Translations under genes and position numbers: made by a program
Part shown: one piece after another, positions 17,637-25,962 of the stretch
Numbering within the stretch: the first letter of the stretch is position 1
Layout of the letters: every line of letters begins with the position of its first letter
Source: Parcubacteria group bacterium
GTDB lineage: Bacteria > Patescibacteriota > Patescibacteriia > UBA1558 > GWA2-36-10
Assembly (NCBI GenBank): GCA_003104935.1
Contig: PQAE01000006.1
Coordinates: 1,037-65,036, forward strand
Length of the DNA stretch: 64,000 bases
Direction of reading: 5' to 3'
Notes under the pieces: model-generated
Databases searched by the model: none
Told to the model about the DNA's origin: nothing
The model's input: only the letters and a program-made list of their open reading frames with translations

Positions 17637-17769
17637 AAATAATTATTAATTAATTATTAGATTACATATATTATAGCAAATATTGTTAAAATTAATAACC
17701 CTCCTTGACAATAATCAAATAAAATGATATAGTATGGAAGTTTTTTAGTACCCTGTCCGGGAGGTAACC

Positions 17770-17979
17770 TTGTCCAGAGATATTGGCTTGGCCATAGACA
17801 AATTTGTGATTTGTCTGCTGACCGACGAACCCTCAAATGAGGCGCTGACTCAAGTCTGGCAGGATCTGGAAGAGCACGGCTTTGATCCCCACGCCTGGTA
17901 CGACCAGGCAAACTGCATTTCCATGCAACAGTGGTACGATGCCGTGGAATCGGAGATGGTCCTGCGCGGACTGTTCTAG
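17770..17979 (+). CDS. Hypothetical small acidic protein (orphan cassette)
   Basis: TTGACA promoter at 17706, GGGAGG SD, TTG start, terminator 17997-18035. Confidence 0.6.
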   Translation: MSRDIGLAIDKFVICLLTDEPSNEALTQVWQDLEEHGFDPHAWYDQANCISMQQWYDAVESEMVLRGLF

Positions 17980-18069
17980 AGCTACGGCTCGAAGCAAAGA
18001 GGCACCTAGAGCTTATTTAAGCCGGGTGCCTCTTCTAATTGACAAAATAATCTTTTAGCGCTAAAAATA

Positions 18070-18215
18070 CTCCGATTGTTGTCCGGCCAACAACAATGGA
18101 GCGGATGTGTTGGCAAACGGCCTGAAGCTCTTGCCAATGACGCTGAAGGTGTGTCACTTTTTCGCCGAAATGAACATACCCCCAGCTAATCGCTGGGGGT
18201 ATGTTCATTATTTTT
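18070..18215 (+). ncRNA. Candidate small structured RNA
   Basis: TTGACA (18039)-17-TAAAAA; three hairpins, two containing CTGAAG; ends in a perfect 18-bp hairpin. Confidence 0.4.
18169..18215. terminator. Strong, probably bidirectional terminator
   Basis: AATGAACATACCCCCAGC-TAATC-GCTGGGGGTATGTTCATT. Confidence 0.85.
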
Positions 18216-18227
18216 CCTTACAGAAAT

Positions 18228-21200
18228 TTATTTAGCTTTAGCTCTTCTCCTAAATATAAAACCTAGTAAAATACCCATGCCGAAAGCCGCCGCAATCAAA
18301 AACCATTTTCTATCCCAAGCCGATGATGTTTTTAGTTCCACATCTTGGCTGACAAAATCTCCCTTACTGACATCAAAAATCTGCGACTTAAATTCATGAT
18401 AACCAGAAGCTTTGACGGTGAAATAATATTTACCTTCCGGCACCAGGAAATTATATTCACCGGTCTTGTCCGTATGTTGCGGATTAGTCTGATCAAAATC
18501 CTTGCCCGGCCATACTTTAAAATCATCTTGGCTCTGTGGTTTATAATACATCGTCACCTCGGCATCCGGTACCCTTAGCTCTTTGCCGTTGTATTTTTCA
18601 TAAACATAACCTCGTGGATCGATAAGTAGCTGAGTATTGCTGTCGTCCGTAGAGCCGTCTTGATAGTTAATCACGGTTTCCAAAATATATTCGCCGGCGA
18701 TCCAGGGCATATCAATATCGGCTTCATAGATGCCGTCACCATTGGTGTCTGTCAGTGTATATTCGCTGATCAGCCAGGTCTCGTCCGCCTGTGCCACTGG
18801 TACAAAATGCTGGATAATTTCCTTTTCTAAACTAACCTTGGCTGCTTTTTTGAAGATGACTCTGACCTTGATAGAAGTCACGGGTTTGTCCGGCTTGACC
18901 TCCTTTTTTAATTTGCTACCGGCTATCAGAGTAACCGTCTGGTCGCCTATACCTCGACTTAAGATAATCTGACCGGCTGTAGATTCGATAAAAGACTGTC
19001 CCGGTTGCAGGATATTTTCCGGCAGATTAGCCGACGGTGTTACTGGCGGTGTTGTTGGGACTTCCGGAGTCGGCAAAGTTACGACCGGTGCGGGCTGGGG
19101 TTGCGGAGCTGTAGTCGGTGGTCTCACTATCGGAGCCGGAATGGCCGGCAGTGGTGGTTTAGGAATAGTTACCGGCGGCTTGGTAATCACTACCGGCGGT
19201 TTTGGTTTTGATGCTACTGGAGTGACCGGTTTCGGAGGCACGGGAGGCGGCGGAGCCACAATCGGTGGAGTCACTACTGGCGCGGCCACCTGGGTATTTA
19301 AAATTATGCTGTCAAAAACTAGCTCCGAAGCCAAACCCCCGCTGGAATAATATTTCACATATACCGTATAGGTGCCATCCGGACAGGTATCACGCCGCAC
19401 CAGGCCGATATAACTGGAACAAAGATCCCATTGCTTGCTGGCAGTATAATCTTCTTGCCCGGCATCATTGAAGGTGCCGTCCATAGAAATAGCCATTCTG
19501 ACGGTGTTAGCGCCGGCGGTCAGATTTAAACTGACCAAGCGGTCAACAGCTTGAGTTGTTCCGTTATTAATAACTACTCCAAAATTTCCGCCCGGATTAC
19601 CTGACGATGGCGTGGGTGGTGCCGGCGGCACCGGCGGCAAACCGCCGCCGCCCCCGGGACAATTTGTTGTCGAAACGGTAGTGTTAACGGTTGCGGTTTC
19701 AATGCCATCGGCGTTTCTATATTTCACCGCATAAGTATAGCTATTGCCACAGGATAAAGAAGTATCGGTCCAGGAATTAGTATTTATCCAACCGGAATTA
19801 TGATTGCCGCCGGCAAAATAGTATCCCGAAGAGCCGACGCTATTGTTGGTCAAAGCATCAACGCTCAAAGCTACGCTATTGGTACTGCCAGTACCGCTAA
19901 AATTAGTCGGCGTATCGGCTAAAGTATATTTGCTGGCTACGGTGCCGTAAGTACTGGTGTTATTTGTCAGATCGCTAAACTGGACATCATAAGTATATTG
20001 GGTGTTATCGGTAAGACCTTGGTTAGTAATTGAAGATGTGGTGGTAGCGTTTGAGCCAAGGGCAGTAACGCTATCTCTCCGAGCCTGCCATTGATTTAAG
20101 ATGCCGCCCTCGGTTACTACGGTCGGCTTATTGACGACGATGGAGTTTGAGGTCACCGTGCCGAAAGTGGGCGCACCTACGGCTGAAGGCGCGACATTAT
20201 CCACGCCAAAAGCATTTGAGGTCGTCCAGGCGCTGGCATTGGCTGAGCCGTCGTTTGGTCGGACTCTGATATAAACACTGGCGTCTTCTGTGGTAGGCAG
20301 ATCAGTAGCGCTATCCCAGACAAAAGTATGACTAGTGCCGGGACTGGCCGAGGAACTAAGACCGGTCAATCCTTCTCCACCGCCGCTGGTAGCATCAGAC
20401 CAACTGGAATTATCTGTAGAATACTCAAGACCGGAAGAGCCGGTCTGCGAAATGTTTAAAGTATCGGCATCGGCGTCAATCAATTTATAATTTACCGTAA
20501 CATTGGCGCTGTCCCACTCGGCAAAATCATTGGTCAGCGTTGCGCTGGGAATATTATTATAGCCCACGGCGATATTATCCAGCTGGACTAACTGTGTTCC
20601 GTCCGAATGCAAAAAAGCCTTGAACAAAAAACTGCCGCTACCGGTGGAAAAAGTTCCGACGTTGGTATTGACAGTATCGGCCGTGCTGGCCTGAGCATAA
20701 GTGCCGTCCGAAGCGGTCCAACCGCTATTATAATAATACCAGGTAGAGCCCCCGTCATTGCTAATGACATATTTTATTTCTCCCCCGTTTTTAGTGGCTG
20801 TTTCGGTAAAACCAGACAAAGTACTAAAGGTCAAGACTGTAGCCGGTTGTATAGTGGGATCGTCATTAGGATATCTGGTCTGTTCGCTGCCGGCAGAAAT
20901 GCTTTCATCCAATACTTTCCAGACTTTGTAGTCGTCCCAAGAAGGCTGAGAATTCCAAGCATGCACTCCCGGATACAAAGTGGTAATACAATTTCCAGAA
21001 TTAATGCCGGTCAGATCAGCTCTGGTAGTGCCGTCTATCCAGGCCGTAACTCGAGTATTGGTAGGACAAGTAGTGCCATAAGTAACGCGCATCGTGCTAC
21101 GATAATCAACTCCGGTGGTAATCGTGAAAGTCCCGTAATTAACCGGCGTATTACCGTCAGCCAGCTTGGCGCCTAAACGCCAAATTTCCAAATCATTGGC

Positions 21201-22073
21201 CGAAGATCCATAAGTAGTAGTTCGTAAGCCATAACCAGTAGTTTCCGGAACAGAAGTAACCCAAGCGTGTCCGACAGTATTAGTGGTGACTGCTCTCTGC
21301 GACGTTACTTCTGAATACCACCCGCCTGTGGCTCCAAAGGCAAAACCGTTGCTAGTGTCTCCGGAAAATTTATCCGTAGCTTCGGTGGTTAGTTTTTTTA
21401 AACGCCCGGATCCGTCCGGATTCACCTCCCACTGAGTCAAGCCGGCATTAGCCCAAGTACTAGTTGTAGTGAAATCATTATAATAGGAATAAACATTGGT
21501 TAAAACCTGCGGACTAGATGTTGCCGCCCCACTATAACCGTAATACAAATAATAATTAGTGTCCGTACCCGAAGTAGAAACATTTGCCTGAGCTTTAAAA
21601 CGCACATCGCTGTTGACTGGTGCATTACTGGGCGTAGCGGCGATCGCTCCCAGACCGCTGGCCAAATAATCCATGTCAATATTGGTATTATCTGATCCAC
21701 TCCAATAAACTATACGCAAATCTGCGTGATCGGCGCGCATCTTTGAATCGCTGACCAAGGTGGCGATGTCTGCGTTTAAGGTCAGTGTATTCCCAGTAGC
21801 AACAGCGGTAGTGGAGCTGGCGGTGACCGTCAGTTGTTTGCGGTAAAGATAATTAGTGTCCCACCAGGGCGTGGAACGGCCGAGCTGGGCCTGGCCGCCA
21901 CTAAACTCAATCTTAGTGTTATCATAAGTATAGTCTCCGGCAGTGCCAAAATTATAAGTGCCGGAAGCGGCATCCACAGCGCCGGGTTGGTAATAAATAA
22001 AAAAAGAAGCCACAAGACAAAAAACAGTAAATATTACTATAGTTCTGCTTATTCTCCTATGGTTTATAAACAT
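18228..22073 (-). CDS. Large surface protein (lectin-like and FN3-like domains, Pro-rich stalk, carboxypeptidase-regulatory-like domain, C-terminal anchor)
   Basis: 1281 aa; signal peptide, WWDTNYLYRKQL, Thr/Ser-rich beta domains, PPPP linker, DPRGYVYE...NPQHTDKTGEY, C-terminal TM plus basic tail. Confidence 0.8.
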   Translation of the reverse strand: MFINHRRISRTIVIFTVFCLVASFFIYYQPGAVDAASGTYNFGTAGDYTYDNTKIEFSGGQAQLGRSTPWWDTNYLYRKQLTVTASSTTAVATGNTLTLNADIATLVSDSKMRADHADLRIVYWSGSDNTNIDMDYLASGLGAIAATPSNAPVNSDVRFKAQANVSTSGTDTNYYLYYGYSGAATSSPQVLTNVYSYYNDFTTTSTWANAGLTQWEVNPDGSGRLKKLTTEATDKFSGDTSNGFAFGATGGWYSEVTSQRAVTTNTVGHAWVTSVPETTGYGLRTTTYGSSANDLEIWRLGAKLADGNTPVNYGTFTITTGVDYRSTMRVTYGTTCPTNTRVTAWIDGTTRADLTGINSGNCITTLYPGVHAWNSQPSWDDYKVWKVLDESISAGSEQTRYPNDDPTIQPATVLTFSTLSGFTETATKNGGEIKYVISNDGGSTWYYYNSGWTASDGTYAQASTADTVNTNVGTFSTGSGSFLFKAFLHSDGTQLVQLDNIAVGYNNIPSATLTNDFAEWDSANVTVNYKLIDADADTLNISQTGSSGLEYSTDNSSWSDATSGGGEGLTGLSSSASPGTSHTFVWDSATDLPTTEDASVYIRVRPNDGSANASAWTTSNAFGVDNVAPSAVGAPTFGTVTSNSIVVNKPTVVTEGGILNQWQARRDSVTALGSNATTTSSITNQGLTDNTQYTYDVQFSDLTNNTSTYGTVASKYTLADTPTNFSGTGSTNSVALSVDALTNNSVGSSGYYFAGGNHNSGWINTNSWTDTSLSCGNSYTYAVKYRNADGIETATVNTTVSTTNCPGGGGGLPPVPPAPPTPSSGNPGGNFGVVINNGTTQAVDRLVSLNLTAGANTVRMAISMDGTFNDAGQEDYTASKQWDLCSSYIGLVRRDTCPDGTYTVYVKYYSSGGLASELVFDSIILNTQVAAPVVTPPIVAPPPPVPPKPVTPVASKPKPPVVITKPPVTIPKPPLPAIPAPIVRPPTTAPQPQPAPVVTLPTPEVPTTPPVTPSANLPENILQPGQSFIESTAGQIILSRGIGDQTVTLIAGSKLKKEVKPDKPVTSIKVRVIFKKAAKVSLEKEIIQHFVPVAQADETWLISEYTLTDTNGDGIYEADIDMPWIAGEYILETVINYQDGSTDDSNTQLLIDPRGYVYEKYNGKELRVPDAEVTMYYKPQSQDDFKVWPGKDFDQTNPQHTDKTGEYNFLVPEGKYYFTVKASGYHEFKSQIFDVSKGDFVSQDVELKTSSAWDRKWFLIAAAFGMGILLGFIFRRRAKAK

Positions 22074-22202
22074 AAAACTTGAATAGATTGACGCATTTAT
22101 TCAGGAGTAATTATAACATATTTCGGCCTTAATGATAATAGTACTCAGAGATTTGCCACTTGAGTCTTGCTTAAAAACCCTAATAAAATTATAATTAAAA
22201 AC

Positions 22203-22826
22203 ATGATAACTAATCTGATTGATTTTTTGGCACAACTGGTAGTAAATATTATCAGCCACATCGGCTACTGCGGCATTTTTTTACTGATGTTGGTAGAAAG
22301 CTGTGGTATCCCCATGCCCTCGGAAGTAATCATGCCCTTTTCCGGATTTTTAGTGGTTGACGGACAGTTAAATTTCTTAGCGGTAGTGATTATCGGCACC
22401 ATCGGCAATCTGGCCGGCTCAATACTGGCCTATTGGATCGGCGCCAAGGGCGGACGCCTGCTTTTGGAAAAATACGGGAAATATATTTTGATTTCCCGAC
22501 ATGATTTAAGTCTGGCCGACCGCCTTTTTGCCCGCTGGGGCCAAGCGGTTGTATTTTTCGGCCGGCTTTTGCCGGTTGTACGTACCTATATCTCTTTTCC
22601 GGCCGGCATCGCCCGCATGAATTTTAAAAAGTTTTGCCTCTATACTTTTCTCGGCGCCCTGCCCTGGTCCATTCTCTTTGTCTGGCTGGGAGTAAAAATG
22701 GGCAGTCACTGGGATCTGATCAGGGAAAAACTGCACGATTTTGATATGGCTATGCTGGCTTTAGTAATCCTGGCCATCCTCTTTTATATCTGGCGGCATT
22801 GGCAAAATAGAAAAATATCAAACTAA
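22203..22826 (+). CDS. DedA family membrane protein
   Basis: ESCGIPMPSEVIMPFSG, FGRLLPVVRTYIS. Confidence 0.93.
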   Translation: MITNLIDFLAQLVVNIISHIGYCGIFLLMLVESCGIPMPSEVIMPFSGFLVVDGQLNFLAVVIIGTIGNLAGSILAYWIGAKGGRLLLEKYGKYILISRHDLSLADRLFARWGQAVVFFGRLLPVVRTYISFPAGIARMNFKKFCLYTFLGALPWSILFVWLGVKMGSHWDLIREKLHDFDMAMLALVILAILFYIWRHWQNRKISN

Positions 22827-22873
22827 AAAACACCCGGGAGGCGAAACAATATGGGGTGTTTTTAATTTAAACT

Positions 22874-23269
22874 TTATTCACTAGTCTGGCCGTCAAAATG
22901 CTCTTCCTGAGCCTCGGCTTCGGCTTTGCTGGCACGTACTACGCCGTCCTTGTGCTCCGGCGGAGAATATACCGTATAGAGTTTCATCACCTCTGTTGCG
23001 GAAGTATTGATGATGTTGTGTTTGGTGCCGGCCGGAATCACAATGGCAAAATTTTCGCCAATATCATGGGTCACTCCGTCTAATACGGCTTGGCCCGCGC
23101 CACGCTCTAGACGGATAAATTGGTCCAAGGTATGCACTTCTTCGCCAATGTCTTCACCAGGCTGAAGCGTCATCACTACCAGCTGACTATTTTTTGCTGT
23201 GTAAAGCACTTGGCGGAAATTATTATTTTCCAAAGTAGCTTGCTCTATATTAATTACATAACCTTTCAT
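22874..23269 (-). CDS. Cupin domain protein
   Basis: GEEVHTLDQFIR, IPAGTKHNI, YSPPEH. Confidence 0.9.
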   Translation of the reverse strand: MKGYVINIEQATLENNNFRQVLYTAKNSQLVVMTLQPGEDIGEEVHTLDQFIRLERGAGQAVLDGVTHDIGENFAIVIPAGTKHNIINTSATEVMKLYTVYSPPEHKDGVVRASKAEAEAQEEHFDGQTSE

Positions 23270-23453
23270 ATTTTTGTTATTAATAATTTTGTTATAACTT
23301 AATTATAGCAAACAACATTAAATATTAAAACTAATCTATTTTTTAGCAAGCTATTTTCATTATATTGACAAATAAACGATATTGTGGTAGTATCAACAGT
23401 TAGTGTACCTAAATCAAAATGGCACTATAGCCAACACTAGAAGAGGTTATGTC

Positions 23454-23759
23454 ATGGACCGCTTGGATCTGAAGTTCAGCCTGAAAGACGGCGATTTTCT
23501 GTGTTTGTTTTCCGATACCAATTCTCTTCAGGATGACCTGAAGGAAGCACAGATGGATCATACCGGCGACCACATCGTCGAGCATCTGGCTTTCGAGCCG
23601 GACAATATGGACGGCGAAGCCGTCTTGGATATTATCGACTCTACCGTTGATTTGGAGAAGGGTGTTTCTACCTTCGAAAAACTGGCGGGAGCGATTTTCA
23701 AATCCGGCGTCAACTACGGACGCGAACACGCGGCCAGAATCAAGGTCTCCGACCTATGA
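23454..23759 (+). CDS. Hypothetical acidic protein (orphan cassette)
   Basis: TTGACA promoter ~23365, GAGG SD before ATG 23454, terminator 23768-23814. Confidence 0.65.
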   Translation: MDRLDLKFSLKDGDFLCLFSDTNSLQDDLKEAQMDHTGDHIVEHLAFEPDNMDGEAVLDIIDSTVDLEKGVSTFEKLAGAIFKSGVNYGREHAARIKVSDL

Positions 23760-23767
23760 GCGACCAA

Positions 23768-23814
23768 AAAAGCCCCACCCACCCGAAGCATTTCGGTGCG
23801 GGGTGGGGCTTTTT
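23768..23814. terminator. Bidirectional terminator
   Basis: AAAAGCCCCACC...GGTGGGGCTTTT. Confidence 0.8.
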
Positions 23815-23826
23815 CAGTTAAAAAAA

Positions 23827-24192
23827 TCAGTGCGGAAAAAGAAACTCCCCGCTTAAAAAAATGATAATAGCTAAGGCGTATAAAATGGCCAGATATTTAG
23901 CCACCACCCGGTCTTTATTTTTAAAGATGGCTAAGAGCCCTGATACCAAAGATAACAGTCCGGACAGATTAAGCGCCACCGATAATATAGGAATAAATAT
24001 ATTGCCCTCAATAACCTGTGATTCTCCTTTTATGACCGCCGCGACCAGCAGTGAAATTAACATCAGTCCATCAAAAATCAGGCCAAAGTAGACTGACCAT
24101 TTTCCTAAACGAGTTTTTGTGGTAATGCCAGATTTCATATATTTCATTTTCCAAAAAACACTAGTGCTGGCTAATGTTTTGGTTTTCGCCAT
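23827..24192 (-). CDS. Hypothetical membrane protein
   Basis: 3 TM segments, C-terminal GEFLFPH; start uncertain. Confidence 0.7.
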   Translation of the reverse strand: MAKTKTLASTSVFWKMKYMKSGITTKTRLGKWSVYFGLIFDGLMLISLLVAAVIKGESQVIEGNIFIPILSVALNLSGLLSLVSGLLAIFKNKDRVVAKYLAILYALAIIIFLSGEFLFPH

Positions 24193-24193
24193 T

Positions 24194-24316
24194 CTACTTA
24201 TGATGCCTTCTCTTAGCCTTATCTTCCAGCATTAGTCTTTTTATCTCCAGTCTTTTCTTGGTCTTTTTGGAGTGCGATTTTTGCCGCCTTCCAAAGGCAT
24301 GTGTTCTTTTAGCCAT
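24194..24316 (-). CDS. 40-aa highly basic small protein
   Basis: Manual translation MAKRTHAFGRRQKSHSKKTKKRLEIKRLMLEDKAKRRHHK; AT-rich upstream region. Confidence 0.6.
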   Translation of the reverse strand: MAKRTHAFGRRQKSHSKKTKKRLEIKRLMLEDKAKRRHHK

Positions 24317-24444
24317 AAATATTATTTTCTAAATTTATTTAGTAGTTTATATGATACCTTATTTATTTGTTCTGGGCAAGGATCAACTGCAAATAGCAAT
24401 CTTCTTGTTTGTTAACCATGAAAATTTATGGTAGCATAAAATAT

Positions 24445-24855
24445 ATGTTTGAAAGGCCACCCGAAAATATTAATGAGGATATTAGCGCCGATGAAATGGC
24501 CAGGGGCGAAGCCATGGCCGCCGAGTTTTATCAGGAGACAGAGGTGCCTCAGGAAAACCGCAGAGAATGCGGACCAGAGGTTGCTGAATATGAGGATCTC
24601 TTGGCGTCTTTTGAGCAAACTCATAACCTAGAACAGTTGCACGCTATTATTGAACTTACGCCCGAAGATGCTCCCAAAAACCAATTGAGAGAACCCGCGC
24701 GTCTTGCTCTTTATCCCATCGTCACCTTACTAAACACTCTGAAAAAAGAAACCAATATCATGACTGCCAAACACGATGAATTAAAGGAACAATACATGAA
24801 ATTATCTCGAGCTGTGGGAATGATAAATAACAACATGGTTGATCACAATAGATAA
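24445..24855 (+). CDS. Hypothetical protein
   Basis: Acidic N-terminus, C-terminal LSRAVGMINNNMVDH; terminator 24863-24891. Confidence 0.7.
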   Translation: MFERPPENINEDISADEMARGEAMAAEFYQETEVPQENRRECGPEVAEYEDLLASFEQTHNLEQLHAIIELTPEDAPKNQLREPARLALYPIVTLLNTLKKETNIMTAKHDELKEQYMKLSRAVGMINNNMVDHNR

Positions 24856-24948
24856 TCTTTAAAAAACACCAGCTTCTAGCCGGTGTTTTTATTTTAACTT
24901 TGTCCTGGAAATTTATTACATTTAACTCCGCTTTAATATCACTTTAAA

Positions 24949-25128
24949 TTATTTTACGTAGCTAAATGCAAAATGCATTAAAACTATGGTTAAAGCGTTG
25001 AGCAATACTAAGCTGATTATTAATCGGGGTTCTGTAAAGGCTGGGATATTCATCAAGATATAAAGGGTATAAATTATCGCCACTATGACCGCCCCAATAA
25101 AATTACCTCTTATTATTAAGTGTTCCAT
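24949..25128 (-). CDS. 59-aa two-TM small membrane protein
   Basis: Manual translation MEHLIIRGNFIGAVIVAIIYTLYILMNIPAFTEPRLIISLVLLNALTIVLMHFAFSYVK. Confidence 0.45.
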   Translation of the reverse strand: MEHLIIRGNFIGAVIVAIIYTLYILMNIPAFTEPRLIISLVLLNALTIVLMHFAFSYVK

Positions 25129-25197
25129 TTTTTTATATTTATATATCTATTCCAGCATACAAGCAAATAGCCTTTATTGAAAGGGCTTCTGAAAAAC

Positions 25198-25274
25198 GGC
25201 TCCCACGGTAGGCCTCGAATCCCGTATAATCTCCTCCTCACTTGGCTCGAAGTCGATTTACGGGACAAGCCTAC
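25198..25274 (-). pseudogene. 3' remnant of a tRNA (Asn-like) with a hairpin inserted in the T-loop
   Basis: Minus strand GTAGG CTTG[TCCCGTAAATC...GATTATACGGGA]TTCGAGG CCTAC CGTGGGA GCC. Confidence 0.55.
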
Positions 25275-25285
25275 TTGTTACATAG

Positions 25286-25360
25286 TGGCTCCAGGGGATG
25301 GGATCGAACCATCGACATCGTGATTAACAGTCACGCGTTCTACCTCTGAACTACCCTGGA
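25286..25360 (-). tRNA. tRNA-Asn(GTT)
   Basis: TCCAGGGTAGTTCAGAGGTAGAACGCGTGACTGTTAATCACGATGTCGATGGTTCGATCCCATCCCCTGGAGCCA. Confidence 0.95.
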
Positions 25361-25538
25361 ATCATCAAATAGCAAGAAAAAAACCGATCTTGCTGACCGG
25401 TCTAAATACTTATTTAAAAATAAAAATATGACCGGTCTTTATGGTCGGTTATTATTGTTATTATTTAAGCTGGAAAATTCAAAATAAGTCATATAAGTAT
25501 ATATAACACACAATGTATAAATTGTCAACCCATTTAAA

Positions 25539-25886
25539 CTATACCGTTGTTTTGCGGACCGTAGATAATGGCACTAAAAGTACCAATGCATTGCTCAACC
25601 ACATATACCAGGAGCTGAAAAAGCCCCAACCAGTAAAGGGTACGGTCAAAATAATATTGAGCACTAGACCAATTATAACCCAGAGAAAAGAATAGCTCAG
25701 CATAGCTCCGGCACTGTGCGCCGCCACGCTACGGCCAGCAAAATAAGAGGCAACTGCTACTGCGATAGCCACCACAATATCGACCCACGGGGTGCTTGTC
25801 GCTTTGTAGGCCACAAACACCGTGGCGACCAAATAAGCTACTGCCCACACTAAGACCCCGTACCCAAAAACTTTTTTGTAGTTCAT
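25539..25886 (-). CDS. Hypothetical 4-TM membrane protein
   Basis: 115-aa hydrophobic ORF. Confidence 0.75.
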   Translation of the reverse strand: MNYKKVFGYGVLVWAVAYLVATVFVAYKATSTPWVDIVVAIAVAVASYFAGRSVAAHSAGAMLSYSFLWVIIGLVLNIILTVPFTGWGFFSSWYMWLSNALVLLVPLSTVRKTTV

Positions 25887-25946
25887 CCCGTTAGAGATTT
25901 ATTAATTAGTCGAATCTCGTCGGAAAAAATCTCTAACGGGATTCAT
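25882..25946. mobile_element. MITE-like element at a start codon (same family as 8766-8875)
   Basis: CCCGTTAGAGATTT/AAATCTCTAACGGG inverted repeats flanked by duplicated TTCAT. Confidence 0.65.
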
Positions 25947-25962
25947 AAATTAAAAATTAATT

